Shown here: piece after piece, positions 1-13,207 of the stretch | How the letters are laid out: every line of letters begins with the position of its first letter | Position numbering within the stretch: the stretch's first letter is position 1 | Source: Anolis carolinensis | Lineage: Eukaryota | DNA length: 64,000 bases | Assembly (NCBI RefSeq): GCF_035594765.1 | Contig: NW_026943821.1 | Coordinates: forward strand, 17,825,608-17,889,607 | Direction of reading: 5' to 3' | Translations under genes and position numbers: made by a program | The notes under the pieces: model-generated | Database searches by the model: none | What the model saw: only the letters and a program-made list of their open reading frames with translations | What the model was told of the DNA's origin: nothing

Positions 1-24
1 TGCTCTAAGCATTATGACACTCAC

Positions 25-201
25 CAATTTCACAGCTTCTTGTGCTGCTTCTTTACCACAGAAAGTGATGAAAGCATAGCCTCTGTTTTGTCCAGAAAGG
101 GGATCCATCATGAGCCGAAGATCCCAAATTGGGCCTGCTTTTTCAAAGAGTGGCACCAATTCATCTTCATACAAATCTCGAGGAATTTTGCCAACAAATA
201 C
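25..201 (-). CDS. HNRNPR: hnRNP R internal coding exon (RRM1: [59 protein letters not shown]); gene continues beyond the window start
   Basis: Manual minus-strand translation, 177 nt, cag| acceptor and |gtgagt donor; RNP2 VFVGKI and RNP1 RGYAFITF; matches hnRNP R. Confidence 0.96.
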
Positions 202-1211
202 CTGAAAGACAAGGAAATTTACAGCATTTTATTTTCAGAATATAAAATTATTCATGAAGAGTGTTATTCAGTCTATTGACTTATTTCTGCAGAAGGTTTT
301 CAGGCAGTGTTTGCATTATGCAGAGTTCTGAATGTAGTAACTACACCTAAACCCAACACTGTGACTTTGGAGTATTCATTTTAAAGCTTCTAATATTCAA
401 AGTGATGTATTTATAGTACTATTATGATAATGGTTTTTAACTTTGAATCTGTTTTGATTATTTTTAACTGGGAATTTTTTAAATCCCGTTTATATTTAAT
501 CCTGTTTTAATGTTTGTATATTTGCATATTTTAAATGGTTATTATGATGCTTTTATGTTAAGCTGCTTTGAGTCCCCTTCAGAGGAGATAAAGCAGGATA
601 TAAATATAATAGTCTTCAGTTGACCCACCATATCCAGTAATTCTGTATCCATGGCTCAGACATATTTGGAAATAAACCCAAAAGGCACCCACAACTGTAA
701 GTATACCCTGTTGTACGCTCCCACCAATTCACGGGTACTCAAGCCCTCTCCAGCACTTGCTTGTGTTATATGCCTTTTTATATCACTATACCATTGAACA
801 TAATGGAATTCAAGGATCCAGAATTTTTGGTATTCATGAGAGATCCCACCAAATACCATGGGCCCACTGCATTGATTTATATCAACGAGGCAGATAACAA
901 TATGCTATTCAATACACATCGTTTTAAAAAAGAGTGTTATCTATTTTATCAGGGGAAAATTATTTCAGGAACATTTGCAGCATCACATGCACAACAAAGT
1001 TACCTTGACACTTCAAAAGATCATTAAGGCTCAATAATCCATGATATAAAAACACTACATTATTGTTTACACAATAATGCCAATTCTAGCTATAAATAAA
1101 TAAGACACTCAATTTAAGTGAATAAAATCAATTAGTTTACTAAGCAGTCTGTCTAGAATAAAACAATTTTAGGTAAAAGAATGCTGATGCATTTAAAGAG
1201 TATACACAAAC

Positions 1212-1325
1212 CTCTGTGCCAATGCCAGGCTGGGAACCCGAGTAGACAGTATCTGGAGGAGGGCCACCATACTTCCGTTGCCCTGTAGTCACATCCAAAG
1301 TATAACTAGTTCTCTCTAGCAAAGC
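1212..1325 (-). CDS. HNRNPR: hnRNP R coding exon (ALLERTSYTLDVTTGQRKYGGPPPDTVYSGSQPGIGTE)
   Basis: 114 nt, tag|...|gtttgt; QPGIGTE is hnRNP R-type rather than SYNCRIP-type. Confidence 0.96.
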
Positions 1326-2695
1326 CTAAAGGAGGGTGGTAATAAAAGTAGAAATTTTATTTTATGTTGATGACACTTACGAATACTTTATTTAGCAAAA
1401 CTAAACAACATACTGTGTGTGCGTGTGTGTGCTCACTCATGTATTCACTCTCAAATTGCCTGTGGGAAACCAATAACGAAGCTTATACGATATTAATTAT
1501 TTAGATCACCGTTTTCTATTTAGGACTTATCAAGAAGCATTCAGTGCCAGCCATATATAATAACATTTCCTTTTCCAGCCTGTTAGTATGTCAAATGTTA
1601 GGTCTTTTTAAGTGACTCACAAGCCACCATATATGGTTGACTTGTATTACTTCGTGGACCAGAGGATATTTATCTCTGTTCTAGGATTATCCATAGTCCA
1701 GATAACACACTTGTAAGAGAACTGGTAAGAAACCATAATAAAAAGATCTGGGGGGGGGGGGGGTCAGAGAAGGTCTCTATGGTCTCTTTCAACTTTATGA
1801 TTCTATGAAAGAAATGACACATACTAATTATTCTCACGATATTATGAAATAACTCTATAGTATGTATATAGAAATAGAGTACACAACTTGAATTACATCT
1901 CAGATGCAAAATTATCTCTGCAACAAACATATCACACAGGTTTCTTTTGCCACTGCATTTTAACCTTAATTATTCAATGAGAATGATTCACCTATTAAAT
2001 TGGTTACAGGCCCTCCACTCCAGTGTTCAACTTTTTAAAATAGTCACTTCTGAACAAAGTAGGTTCTGTAGGTTTGTTCTGAAGTTGAATTTGTATGTAA
2101 GAGGTATATTTTTAAGTGTAACACCAGCTACACCCACAGCCACATACACATATATATCTCCTAGCTTTCGATAGCATAGGTAGGGGTTAAACCCTTATAG
2201 GCGTTTTTTTGTTGTTGTTTTTTTGTTGTTGTTTTTTGCTATCTTTGCCCCTGTTCTGAAGATTTCACCTTACTTTCTGCCCTTGTGATACTTGGATTTT
2301 GAAAAATTCATGGAAACAAGAATTAGTGATAAAGTCTGAGAGAAGACACCTTTTGCCCATGATAACTCTTACAGGAGTGAATTTCACTTCCTAGGGGTGG
2401 ATTTTCCTCACTTCTTGTTGTTTCACTCCCATTCATAACTGAGTCCTTTGCAAGTCAGATACTGGTAACTCAGGGACTGCCTATACTCATTTTTCATAAC
2501 AAAAATGTGAATTCCAGCTGCTTTTCATTTCTCGCATCTCTTTTTTTGGGAGTCCTTGTAGCTCCCACAGCCATCACTGAACATGTTCATTTCAGCCTTA
2601 GATAAATAATACAACTGTAAACAGAGCCTCTTGAGTAAAAATATTCAGTAATATGTTTATATTCTCCCTTTTAACTCAGGATATGCATATATTAC

Positions 2696-2803
2696 CTTAA
2701 TTTTTGCTTCATCTGGCCCCTTTGTCGACTCTTGTACTTTGCTTCCTTGTTTCTCTCTCTGTCTGTAAGTCTTCATAACTCCACATAAAAATGCGCTTTT
2801 GTT
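2696..2803 (-). CDS. HNRNPR: hnRNP R coding exon (NKSAFLCGVMKTYRQREKQGSKVQESTKGPDEAKIK)
   Basis: 108 nt, cag|...|gtaat, phase 0/0, matches hnRNP R. Confidence 0.96.
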
Positions 2804-3203
2804 CTGCAGAAACAATTTAATAGGTGCATATAGAATGTAACTTAAATATCACTGAACTTTACATAATATTCAATAAAGCAGTTGCCCAGAAAATGCCAGT
2901 GTCCTTAAGGACACCACTTGATATATTTTCTTTAAAACCAAAGAGAACTCCATTAATTTAATAGAACAGGTTAACATAAGACACTAACACACAAATCTTA
3001 CTAGCATGCAGGCAGCCCCAACATTTAAATTTAGTGTTTGACAGGTGAATAGTTATAAGCCATATTGTGCAAGAATTTCATTGTAGGTGTGAAAAAGTAT
3101 TTCTACCTAAAGACAATTTCTAAAGACATTTGTTATGGTCAAGTTAGAGGTAATACTACATTCGTGAACCTATATGTTCACACTATGGGAGCTCTTACCT
3201 TAC

Positions 3204-3322
3204 CTGTACATGCGACAGGTCACTTTCCTTAAATTGCTGTAATACAGAGAGGGCTCCTTCTTCATTAAATTCTCTAAGAGCATCTATTGCTCTCTCATCA
3301 AGATCAACATAAGCTACCAATC
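3204..3322 (-). CDS. HNRNPR: hnRNP R coding exon, acidic domain (GLVAYVDLDERAIDALREFNEEGALSVLQQFKESDLSHVQ)
   Basis: 119 nt, tttag|GA...CAG|gtaagg; phase-1 start requires an upstream coding exon. Confidence 0.96.
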
Positions 3323-5250
3323 CTAAAAATTAAAAATAAACAAAGGTTACAGATTCCCATTGGAGAATGTAAGAGAACCATTGGTATAAAACCACTATTG
3401 TACTTGACTAAAACTGAAATAATCTGAGGTATACAAATTTTTCAGGCTACTATGGACAAGAAATGTCTGTCCAAAATTGCAAAAACATTAGGAATTGTTT
3501 GGTAGCACAAAGCAACACTACATACCAGGGGTTGAAATAATGAGCTCTGGCTCACATTCCAAATTATCTGCGTTCAGAGCTTCAAGATTCTTTTTCTCTC
3601 AAAGCAGCACTGTAAACTACATGTAAGGAGGAGTTCTGTATAATCTAACCACAGTATGTTGGAGTAGCTACTGAAGAATTTACGAAGTCCCACCCTCCTA
3701 CTAAGCAAAAAAAGAAGTACATGTGACAAATTCTCTCCATGTCTACATTACACATTTTTGCAATAAAATAATACTTTGCCACAACCTTTCAGCCAGTGGC
3801 ATTATTTCGAGCCCTGTTATGTACTTCAAGTACATCAATATTATGCTTATAGGTACAGTCTGACATAGGTTAGGACCAGTTCTGAAGTGCATATATTTAA
3901 AGAGACACAGGCACTTCATAGTCCATGATTAAAAGTTAGTAGCAGGTACAAAAAAATCATAAGCACTGCTGGTTTCAGCAATATTATATGGTAAGATGTT
4001 GACATACTTAATCTGACTTCCAATAAACATTCACAGCATGATTCTTAAATATTTTAAAGGCCACTGGAAGTATCTTTGCTCTCAAATCTATAAGGCAGCA
4101 GTGTATGAAAACTGCATTTCAGAATTGATCCTGCATACTGGAGGGCACCTGTATCATTTGTACAGGAAAAACTCTCAGCAAATTGAAATCATGAAGTTCC
4201 ACCCCAGCTACAAAATGAAAAGTAGCCAACAACCCTAAAAGACTCCAGTGGGGTAAGAATTTACACATAGAAGATATAATTCTACAAATAAATTTTGATT
4301 ACTAGGCAACAGGTTTTTTTTTTTAGTATTAATGCACTTTGATGATATTTACATAAATATCAGACTTCTCATGACACAACCTGAGTGAAAACCATTCTAA
4401 AAGTCTGTACATTCCTTGAAACACCTACACTTAAGCCACTAGGTGCACATCTTCGTAGTTCAATACTAGAAAAGTGCCTCACCAAGAAAATTAAAGCTAC
4501 CTGGCAGACTCTCACTGGAAATGTCTTTCAAGACAGATCTGCCACATGAGCCAAAATATGCATATACAGAAAACAGATAGTCTTCTTTAAAACAGCCTTA
4601 AACTTGCAGAACATTTGTAATTATTTAGGAAAAAACCTACATCTTGCCACTGAAGCATGTGAACTAAGGGCAGGCATGAAGCATTCTATTTACATGTCTA
4701 AATATATTCACAACACGCATGCTAAAGAGGAAGAGGAAGCTTCTATTACACACTAAAATAAGATTTTTTTCTAAAAATTGCACTCTCTCTCTCTCTTTAG
4801 AATACACAAGAAACCACTTGCTCCACGCAATTACTGTTGAACAAACAGGTCAGTGTTATAACTGTAATGTCTTGAGTTTCCCACTAGGAACTAGACAAAC
4901 ATAGAATTCATATACTAGCAAAAAATTCAAATGTAGCCTCAAGTAAGCCAAGCAAGCTATTTCTTCCAATAAGTCACCTATTAAATGTTTAAGATAGTAA
5001 TCATAAATCGTTGATAGAAAAGCAGAAGCAAATAATTATAGAGAAAATTGTAATTCAATAGATTGGAATGTCTATTTTCATTTCTGAGTCTATGAAACAG
5101 TATCCTGAAGATCTAAGATACTGTCAACATATGTTAAACCCAATTGACCTCAAAGTGAAAGCAGCAGTACATTCAAAGCTACACAGTGCAAAATACAGCA
5201 ATTTTAAAACTTTAAGACCTAAAAATTTGAAAATTGTTTGCCTTCACTTT

Positions 5251-5493
5251 NNNNNNNNNNNNNNNNNNNNNNNNNNNNNNNNNNNNNNNNNNNNNNNNNN
5301 NNNNNNNNNNNNNNNNNNNNNNNNNNNNNNNNNNNNNNNNNNNNNNNNNNNNNNNNNNNNNNNNNNNNNNNNNNNNNNNNNNNNNNNNNNNNNNNNNNNN
5401 NNNNNNNNNNNNNNNNNNNNNNNNNNNNNNNNNNNNNNNNNNNNNNNNNNNNNNNNNNNNNNNNNNNNNNNNNNNNNNNNNNNNNNNNNNNNN
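5251..5493. other. Assembly gap (243 N)
   Basis: Run of N. Confidence 1.
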
Positions 5494-8400
5494 NCAACTA
5501 ATTTGTAGGACAATGCATTTTTCTAAACTAATTTGTAAACATGCTGCAAGTGACTTGCATTGAAACTACATTTAAATCGCAGCTCACCTAAATGAAATAA
5601 AAAGTACAGTCCTAAATACTGTGGAATATGTACATGGATTAATGCACGATTTTAAGCACATCATGTACACTGAATCTATTTTTTAGGTCCTTGGTTAATT
5701 TCTGTGATTAACATAATGTTGGGAAGTTACGCTGGAATGCACAAAACAGCTACTGTAATACACTGGTCTCAAAGAGATTTGAGATCAATATTTTCAATAC
5801 AGAAGCCTGAAGAGCAGCTAAATATACAAATGTCAATACTTGCTTTCCACCCTTCCCATAGTTTTCTGGCTTACTTCCATGTCTTCCCTCAAACCCAACA
5901 TTTCATTACATAAGAGAAACAAGCCATGCTGCTTAAACACACTGGATGCCAGAACACTTTTAAAGAAGGAACATGCCACATTATTTTTTTTTTACAAGGG
6001 GAATAGTCAATAAACAAATTGCACATCATTTTCAAGCAAGAGAAACTTGTATTAAACTCTGCATATCACAGTACAGCATATTATTCCAGGAAGTTTAGCT
6101 AAACTGGAGCATCTTCAATCTTCAATTTTCCATTACAATGAGGAAAAACTTGTAGTAAAAGTCAATGAGACAACTGCAAAAGTATAATTTTTTAAAAGTC
6201 ACCACTAACGTCTCAAATATTTCCTGTTGACTTTGCTGACCTGTGTAAAACAATCTATTTGACCAGACACCAAATGATATTTTATTCGGTCACTATAACA
6301 AAAGTGATCTACACCACTACTTTAGAGAAAGAACTATTAGAAGAGGCAAAGCCAAATGATAAAAAATGGAATGAAAGCTTTTAAAGATTTCTAAATGCTG
6401 ATAACTAAAAGTAATATTTCATATACGGTAGTAACCACAACTTGCAAATAACCATCAATCAGCAGAATTCAACTTACTAATGTAAAAAACAATAAAATAC
6501 TACAATGTCCCACTCCTGAAAATTTGCCAGCTTAACAAAATGTTATTTCAACAACAAAGTTTTGTTTGATGGGCTGTGACTACAGCTTGCACAAAGTAAA
6601 CAGTCAAACACTATTCATTCTGGTAATGGATACCACTAAATTTTAGGCCAATAAGAAAAAATTAAAATATTCTGCTACCATCTTATTTCTGTAATTCACA
6701 CTTCGCATTTTAAATAAAACCAATTATTTTCAAACTGTTTGGGATCAGTTTTGTGGCAATCTGATTTCTAATTTATTGCCAATGTTGCATGATACCATTG
6801 TATTCATATGAAGAAAATACATAAAATTCAGTGTACCACATGGAATTAAGGCCACTTGTTTCTTATGGTAGTTAATGCAAGGAGGGAAATTGCGTAGCCT
6901 TCCAGATACTGTTGAACCGCAGATGTTTGTGCTATGTTTGTGTTTTTTGTTTTACAGTAGTTGAGGAGCCCAGTTTCATTATAGCTTAGACACATAAACG
7001 CCCAAAAATATAATCTGACTAAAATATAGTGAGCTAAACAAGAATTTTCTGTCATTAATATGTGGATATTACCATATTTTATTTTTCTATAAAAATGACA
7101 TATTTTTTCTGAAAATATAAAGCGATGGCAAATTTCCAAATAAGCTCACTCCATACAGAAGGTGGAGACGCACCTGTACCAAGCTAACCAACTTTCATTC
7201 TGAAACCACCACTGCTAATCAGAATCTGCTCCAAATAACAACCAGCTTCACCTCCATGTTTATTTCATGGGAGATCCAAAGTCTGAGAATCAATAATATC
7301 AGTGCCAGTGTCTGAAATTCAGGCAAGAAGAAAGTTTCTGTGTATGTTTTTCCCCTCACTCTGGGTCAATGAAAGTATCTTTAAAACACAGTGCAAAGTC
7401 AGGGATTATACCATGTCTTGCTTCCCACTCAATTTTCATGATCAGTTTCTTGAGATGATACCACATTTTACAACACGGGCGAACAACTGTGATATCTCTG
7501 GCCTGCAATGGCCATAAGCCTTAAACAGTATGGCCAATTGCAAGAAACTACATTAGCTATATTCCAACAACATCTGAGACATATGCTCCATTTCTATCTT
7601 ATAGATTCTTAGTGCTTGTAAAGCAAAGTGTAATCAATGTAAAAAGTGAGGCACAGACAAAAAATATGAAGGGCCAGAGGAGGAGAAATACAACGTTTCA
7701 GGTGATAAGGGTGAATTTATTTTCACCTTATTTTTTCCAAAGACAGGGTTGGGGGTGACGGGACTGATGTAATTCTTTTCTCTTTCAGAAACAATGAAAT
7801 GCTTTTTAATGGGACAATAGCATACAGGCAATCTGTATATGAGACAACTGCCAGCATTAAGTAACAGTAACCTTGTGCATACTGCAGAAACATACAATCA
7901 TCAAATTCAAGATATACTTCTGCACTTAGGAGCTGTTGCCACTTCATGTAAACTCAAGTTTCCTGAAAATCATGATGACAAAAATGAAGGTAAAATTTAG
8001 AAGTTAATCTTTCAGAAACTCATACTGATTAGCAACAAAAGCATATGCTTCCTGTTTAAGCATAACTAATTTTGCTCACAGATAACATGTGCACATAGTA
8101 TAACAATACAGAAGTAAACTGAAAAGTTCAATATTTTCAATGAAAAGTTACACTTTAATCCAAGTACACTATTATCCTGACTGTTAAGATTGCAACTAAA
8201 TGAAACTATTAATGTTCTAATGGTACTTTACAAAAGGTCCAGATTTTTTTTTACTTTTCAGATGACAAAACTGAACAACACATGCTTATGTAGCACAGGG
8301 TACAGACATTTACAGCTCTCTGCATTGCTTATAAAATCAAGCTTTTTAATATTTTACCATTGTATTTAATATATGAAACAGTAGAATTTTATATGCAAAC

Positions 8401-10163
8401 TTATGAATAAATTTCTAAGAAATACAGTAAGTTTTATTTTGGTTTGATCTCAAAATATCTGGAAATGTTATACACACAGATACAATGTAGGTCAGAGCAG
8501 AAGTGTGATTGGCTATCAATACTCCACAGAACCAGTATTTCTTCCTTTTCCTGGTTTTTATTTTATTTTTCTTATTTCTAGAGTGTTTTTTGCGCATTCA
8601 AATTAATATGCTATGATCTGCTACCATCCTAGTCATCATTTGCTACAAAGATATTATGCTTTTTCTTTGTAATCTCACAGTGAAATGTTTGAACAATCCA
8701 CTCCACTGTTTTGAGACAGTTTCTAGACAGGCAAGCCAAAGAGGCATTCTAAGTATGGGAAAACTACTTTGAGGTGCGGGAGCATCTGTAAATAGGTGTG
8801 CTGCTTGGCTATGGCTGGACTGGGAACCATAATTCCCCCAGTACCAATATGGTGGACTGGTTGGAATCAGAGGACAATATCTTCCCCTTACACACACTGA
8901 TTACAGAAGGTAACAGTTTAGCTGACTAAGTCAGTGCTTGATAAAGCAGCTCATCAATCTACTGATTTGAGTTACACTCGCTTCACATGCCACGATTTAT
9001 CCCATTCCGGACAGCAAAAAACATGTGAAAGGAAAGAGTTGGCCTTAGGAGTCACTCCTACCCAAAGTCATGCCAATAACTCTCTCAACTAGCCTGGAAA
9101 GGGGGGCGAGGGGGGCTCTATGGGCCAGCGGTAACCCTTTGTGATCCAGATATGCCATCCTTGTCCCCACTTCATTTTGTTTCATGCACTTGAACCACTT
9201 AGCTCCCCCTCCTTTTTCTTTTTTTTCTTTTTTTTTGCCTTGCACTAATGAGACACAGCTCAAATTCTATTATCATGAACAGGATTCAACATCTCTTGTA
9301 AAAATTGCTACTGTACCTACAGTCCTTGGAAATAATGTAAAACTTTACAGTTATTTGTATAGGTGCTGCTGGGTCTCTCTCCCAAGTTATCACATACAGA
9401 TGTCTGACTACACCAGTGTTGGTAACATTAAAGGTTAAACCTAAACAAGTTCAATAAGAAAAAGCCCCAAAGTTTTCAGTAAATCTTACTCACAGTTATA
9501 CTTATCTGGGATAACTGGCTTGTCACTCTCACTAACTACTCATTGCTTTCTGATAATTAACTGTGTCTATAGGAATAAGATTATGACCAAAAACATGCAA
9601 AGCAACATGAAACTAATTCTATTTTAAAAATTCTATTTCAAAACCTAGCAAGATGGTAGTTTAAAAACCTACAATTACATCAATGTTAAAATCAGTAAAT
9701 AGTAAAAGCTCAAGGGCAACTAAGACTGCCATAGTCCTATAAAACATCCAAACCAGAAAATGTGTGTGCCCTAATGTATCACTGAAAACAGGCATGAATG
9801 GGTTCAACTGTAGAAAGCTATTCTACGAGTTTTACACACACACAAACTAAGAAGCTGTTTTTAGAAATCAGGACATCACTACAGAGTTCTGATTTAATCT
9901 AAAGTGCAAGAAGAAAGTAAACTTTGAAAATGTCCATGATGTAGAAAATAACTTAGGTAGCCTATAAAACAAGAGCTTATAAAGATCACATTAATTTATT
10001 TACTTTCTGTATTTTTATCCTGCTCTATCTCAACCCCGAAGGGGACTCAGAGCCACTTCCAAATTGGCAAAAATTCAATGCCACATTAACATCAATTGCA
10101 ACACTAATGTTGACAGGTAAAGAGACAATTCACAAGTCATTATCTTCTTCAGCTATATTCAGC

Positions 10164-10903
10164 AAAAGACAAGAGAGATCCTCTCACCTCTGCAGGAGTC
10201 TACTGTATACTATGCAGCTGTGGACAAATCTACATAGGGATCACCGAACGCAGCAGCATTGCTCTGACACACGAATCAAGGAACATGAAAGGCACTGGCA
10301 GACCAATTCAACCAGAGAAATCAGCCATAGAAGAGCACTTGATGAACCAACCTGGACACAGCATATTATTGGAGAACACAGAAATGCTGGACCACTCTAA
10401 CATCCACCTTGTCAGATCACACAGAGCAGCCACTGAAATCCACAAGAAGCACGTGGACAATTTCAACAGAAAGGAGGAAACCATGAAAATGAACAAAATC
10501 TGACAACCAGTATTAAACAAAAACTCTAAAAGCAGGACAGTAAATAAAAACGACACTCTGAGAACAGAGGAATTCCAGACATGAAACAATCAGGGCCAGC
10601 TAACACCTCCCAACAAAGGCAGACAGGAATCGGCCAGGCCTTGAAGATGCAAGGCTTTTCAATACTAATCAAGGTGATTAATTGCAACATTCACACTTGC
10701 CTCCAACAGACAAGAGTTCTTTCTTCCTCCCTGGACCTTCCAGAGATATATAAACCTCCCTTGCCTAGTTTCCAATATATGTCACAACCTCTAAGGATGC
10801 CTGCCATAGATGTGGGCAAAACGTCAGGAGATAATGCTTCTGGAACATGGCCATACAGTCCGGAAAACTCACTGCAACCCAGTGATTCCGGCCATAAAAG
10901 CCT
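10164..10903 (+). mobile_element. Penelope-like element fragment: degenerate GIY-YIG endonuclease plus pseudo-LTR
   Basis: Translates as AGVYCILCSCGQIYIG...RIKEHERH...QPEKSAIEEHLMNQPGH...NFNRKEE; its 3' end recurs in many copies across the window. Confidence 0.85.
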
Positions 10904-11739
10904 TATGTTTTTAAATGTTTTAATGTTGTTAATTGTTTTTATAATTCCATTTTAAATATTTATTTTATTGTACTCTGATTTTAATGGCACCAAATATCTG
11001 CCGATGTGGAAAGCCGCCTTGAGTCCCCTCCGGGGTTGAGAAAGTTGGGGTAGAAGTACCCTAAATAACAACAATAACAACAACAACTTTATTTTCTATC
11101 CCGCCACCATCTCCCTGAAGGGGCTCGGGGCGGCTTACAAGCGGGACCAAGCTCAGCAACCAAGAGTTTACAGGCTAAAAACAACATTTAAAAACATAAC
11201 CATATAACAATCTGCTTAAAGGATTAAAAACAGCAGAATATAAAAACAACGTTAAAATAAATCAAAGCAAACCTCAACAACCAGAGCCAAGAATAAGATG
11301 GGCAAGATCAGAAATTAGTGAGGGTAGGGCATGGGTCTGTGCCTTCGACAAGACATAAAGTCAGCTGTTACTTAAAATTGGGGGTGAAGAGCTGCTAAAC
11401 TATAGCCCGCTCAAAACCTTGTCTGGTTTTCAAAGAACAATAGAGGGGGGAAAGCTCCTTTTAAAGCAAACGAACAAAATACAGAAATTCAAACTAAACT
11501 ATGAGGCCCGCCGACCCGCAATCGTGACGATCCTACGCGTGTTTATTTGAAATAGAGACCCCTTGAAACCGGGGCAAGAAGAGGGCGACAGCCATGCAAA
11601 TGGCACAAAAGAAAGGCCTCTCCGACAGGGAAACAACCCTGAAAGAGACCTGGAACCAACATTCCACGCCCGGGAAAGGTGAAGGCATGAAAAGGGGCCT
11701 AGCTCGCCCTTCCCGTCGCCTCCAGCGCGTGGGGCCTTC

Positions 11740-12230
11740 GCCACAAAAGGCGCCTCAGGAGCGAGGCGGGGGCTGCTAGGCCCCACGCTCTCGCCCCGCC
11801 TCCTTCCCCGCCCCGACATCGCCTCCCCTCCCTTCCCAGGCGGAGAGGACACCGGGCCTTTCCCACGGTTCCTCAGCCGGGCGCTCTCGGCGAGACCTAC
11901 CGGGACGGAACCGGCGCGGAGTGGCTGGAGCAGCGGCTGCAAATGGCGCGCGCTCCTCCTCTTCCCTCCCCTCATGGACGACGAGCTCGACCCCCGGCGA
12001 CGCGAGGGGTTTCCCGGAACTGTTTCCAGGGACAGAGAGCCCGCGACCAATCCGAGGGCGGCGTTTCGGAAAGGCGGGCTGGAAACCCTATCGGCGCGAG
12101 GAGGCGGCGCTCGATAGCCAATCGGAGCGCGAGGAGGCCTGACCAATCCGTATTCACGAAAGGCTGTGGCGCGCCGGCAGGGTCGATGGATGGACACAGC
12201 AGAGGCAGGCGGGATTCCATAGCAGTGAGC
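11740..12230 (-). promoter_or_regulatory. HNRNPR: CpG island / HNRNPR promoter and non-coding exon 1 (3' end at 11901)
   Basis: CpG-rich; minus-strand donor CG|gtaggt at 11901/11900; YY1-type GCCATTT at 11941-11947; CCAAT boxes at 12047, 12118 and 12143. Confidence 0.8.
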
Positions 12231-12282
12231 CATAGCAGTTCAAGTGGTGTCAAACTGCATTAATTCTACAGTATAGATAAGG

Positions 12283-12602
12283 AGGCCCGATGGCGAAGTG
12301 TGTTAAAGCACTGAGCTGCTGAACTTGCAGACCGAAAGGTCCCAGATTCAAAGCCCAGGAGCGGCGTGAACGGCCGCTGTTAGCTCCAGCTTCTGCCAAC
12401 CTAGCAGTTCGAAAACATGCTAATGTGAGTAGATCAATAGCTACTGCTCCGGCGGGAAGGTAACGGCGCTCCATGCAGTCATGGACCACATGACCTTGGA
12501 GGTGTCTACGGACAACGCCGGCTCTTCGGCTTAGCAATGGAGATGAGCACCAACCCCCAGAGTCAGAAATGACTGGACTTAACGTCAGGGGAAACCTTTA
12601 CC
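12283..12602 (+). mobile_element. Sauria SINE, full length
   Basis: tRNA-like head, conserved body and (acctttt) tail; 11-bp TSD tatagataagg at 12272-12282 and 12603-12613. Confidence 0.9.
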
Positions 12603-12774
12603 TATAGATAAGGCATGGGCCAACTTGGGCCCTCCGGGTGTTTTGGACTTTAACTTCCACCATTCCTAACGGCCTCAGGCCCTTTCCTTTTCAAAATGAC
12701 CATAACAGATTAGGGAGCTGGACCAAAACTAACAACATGAATTTCAACAAGGACAAATGTAAGATACTACAGTA

Positions 12775-12990
12775 AGGTAAAGGTTTCCCCAGACGTGACT
12801 GACTCTGGGGGTTGCGCTCATCTCCATTTCTAAGCCAAAGAGCCGGCGTTGTCCATAGACCCTTCCAAGGTCATATGGCTGGCATGACTGCATGGAGCAC
12901 CGTTACCTTTCCACCAGAGCGGTACCTATTGATCTACTCACATTTGCATGTTTTTGAACTGCTAGGTTGGCAGAAGCTGGAGCTAACGGC
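12775..12990 (-). mobile_element. Sauria SINE (5'-truncated) inside a CR1 fragment
   Basis: Reverse complement of the 12283-12602 copy; flanks resemble CR1 ORF2. Confidence 0.8.
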
Positions 12991-13207
12991 GGGCACTATG
13001 ACTTCCCTAGATTGAGATACTATACTCCTTTTGATGCAGCCCGAAATCCCATTAGCTTTTAAGCTGCTGCATAACACTGTTGGTTCATGTGCAACTTGTT
13101 ATCTAGAAAGACTTTTAAGATCTTTCTCACACGGACTGTTGTTGAGCCAGGCATCACGCATCCCGTATCTTTGTATTTAATTTCTTCTGCCTAACTGTAA
13201 TTAGGGC

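Noticed and set aside
5068-5563. ORFs spanning the N run
   Set aside because: Artefacts of the assembly gap.
7704-7731. Small hairpin ataagggtgaa...ttcaccttat in HNRNPR intron 1
   Set aside because: Short and imperfect; expected by chance without conservation data.
11499-12263. Long GC-rich ORFs (244 aa and overlapping) at the HNRNPR promoter
   Set aside because: Stop-poor CpG-island sequence with no recognisable domain; explained as promoter and exon 1.
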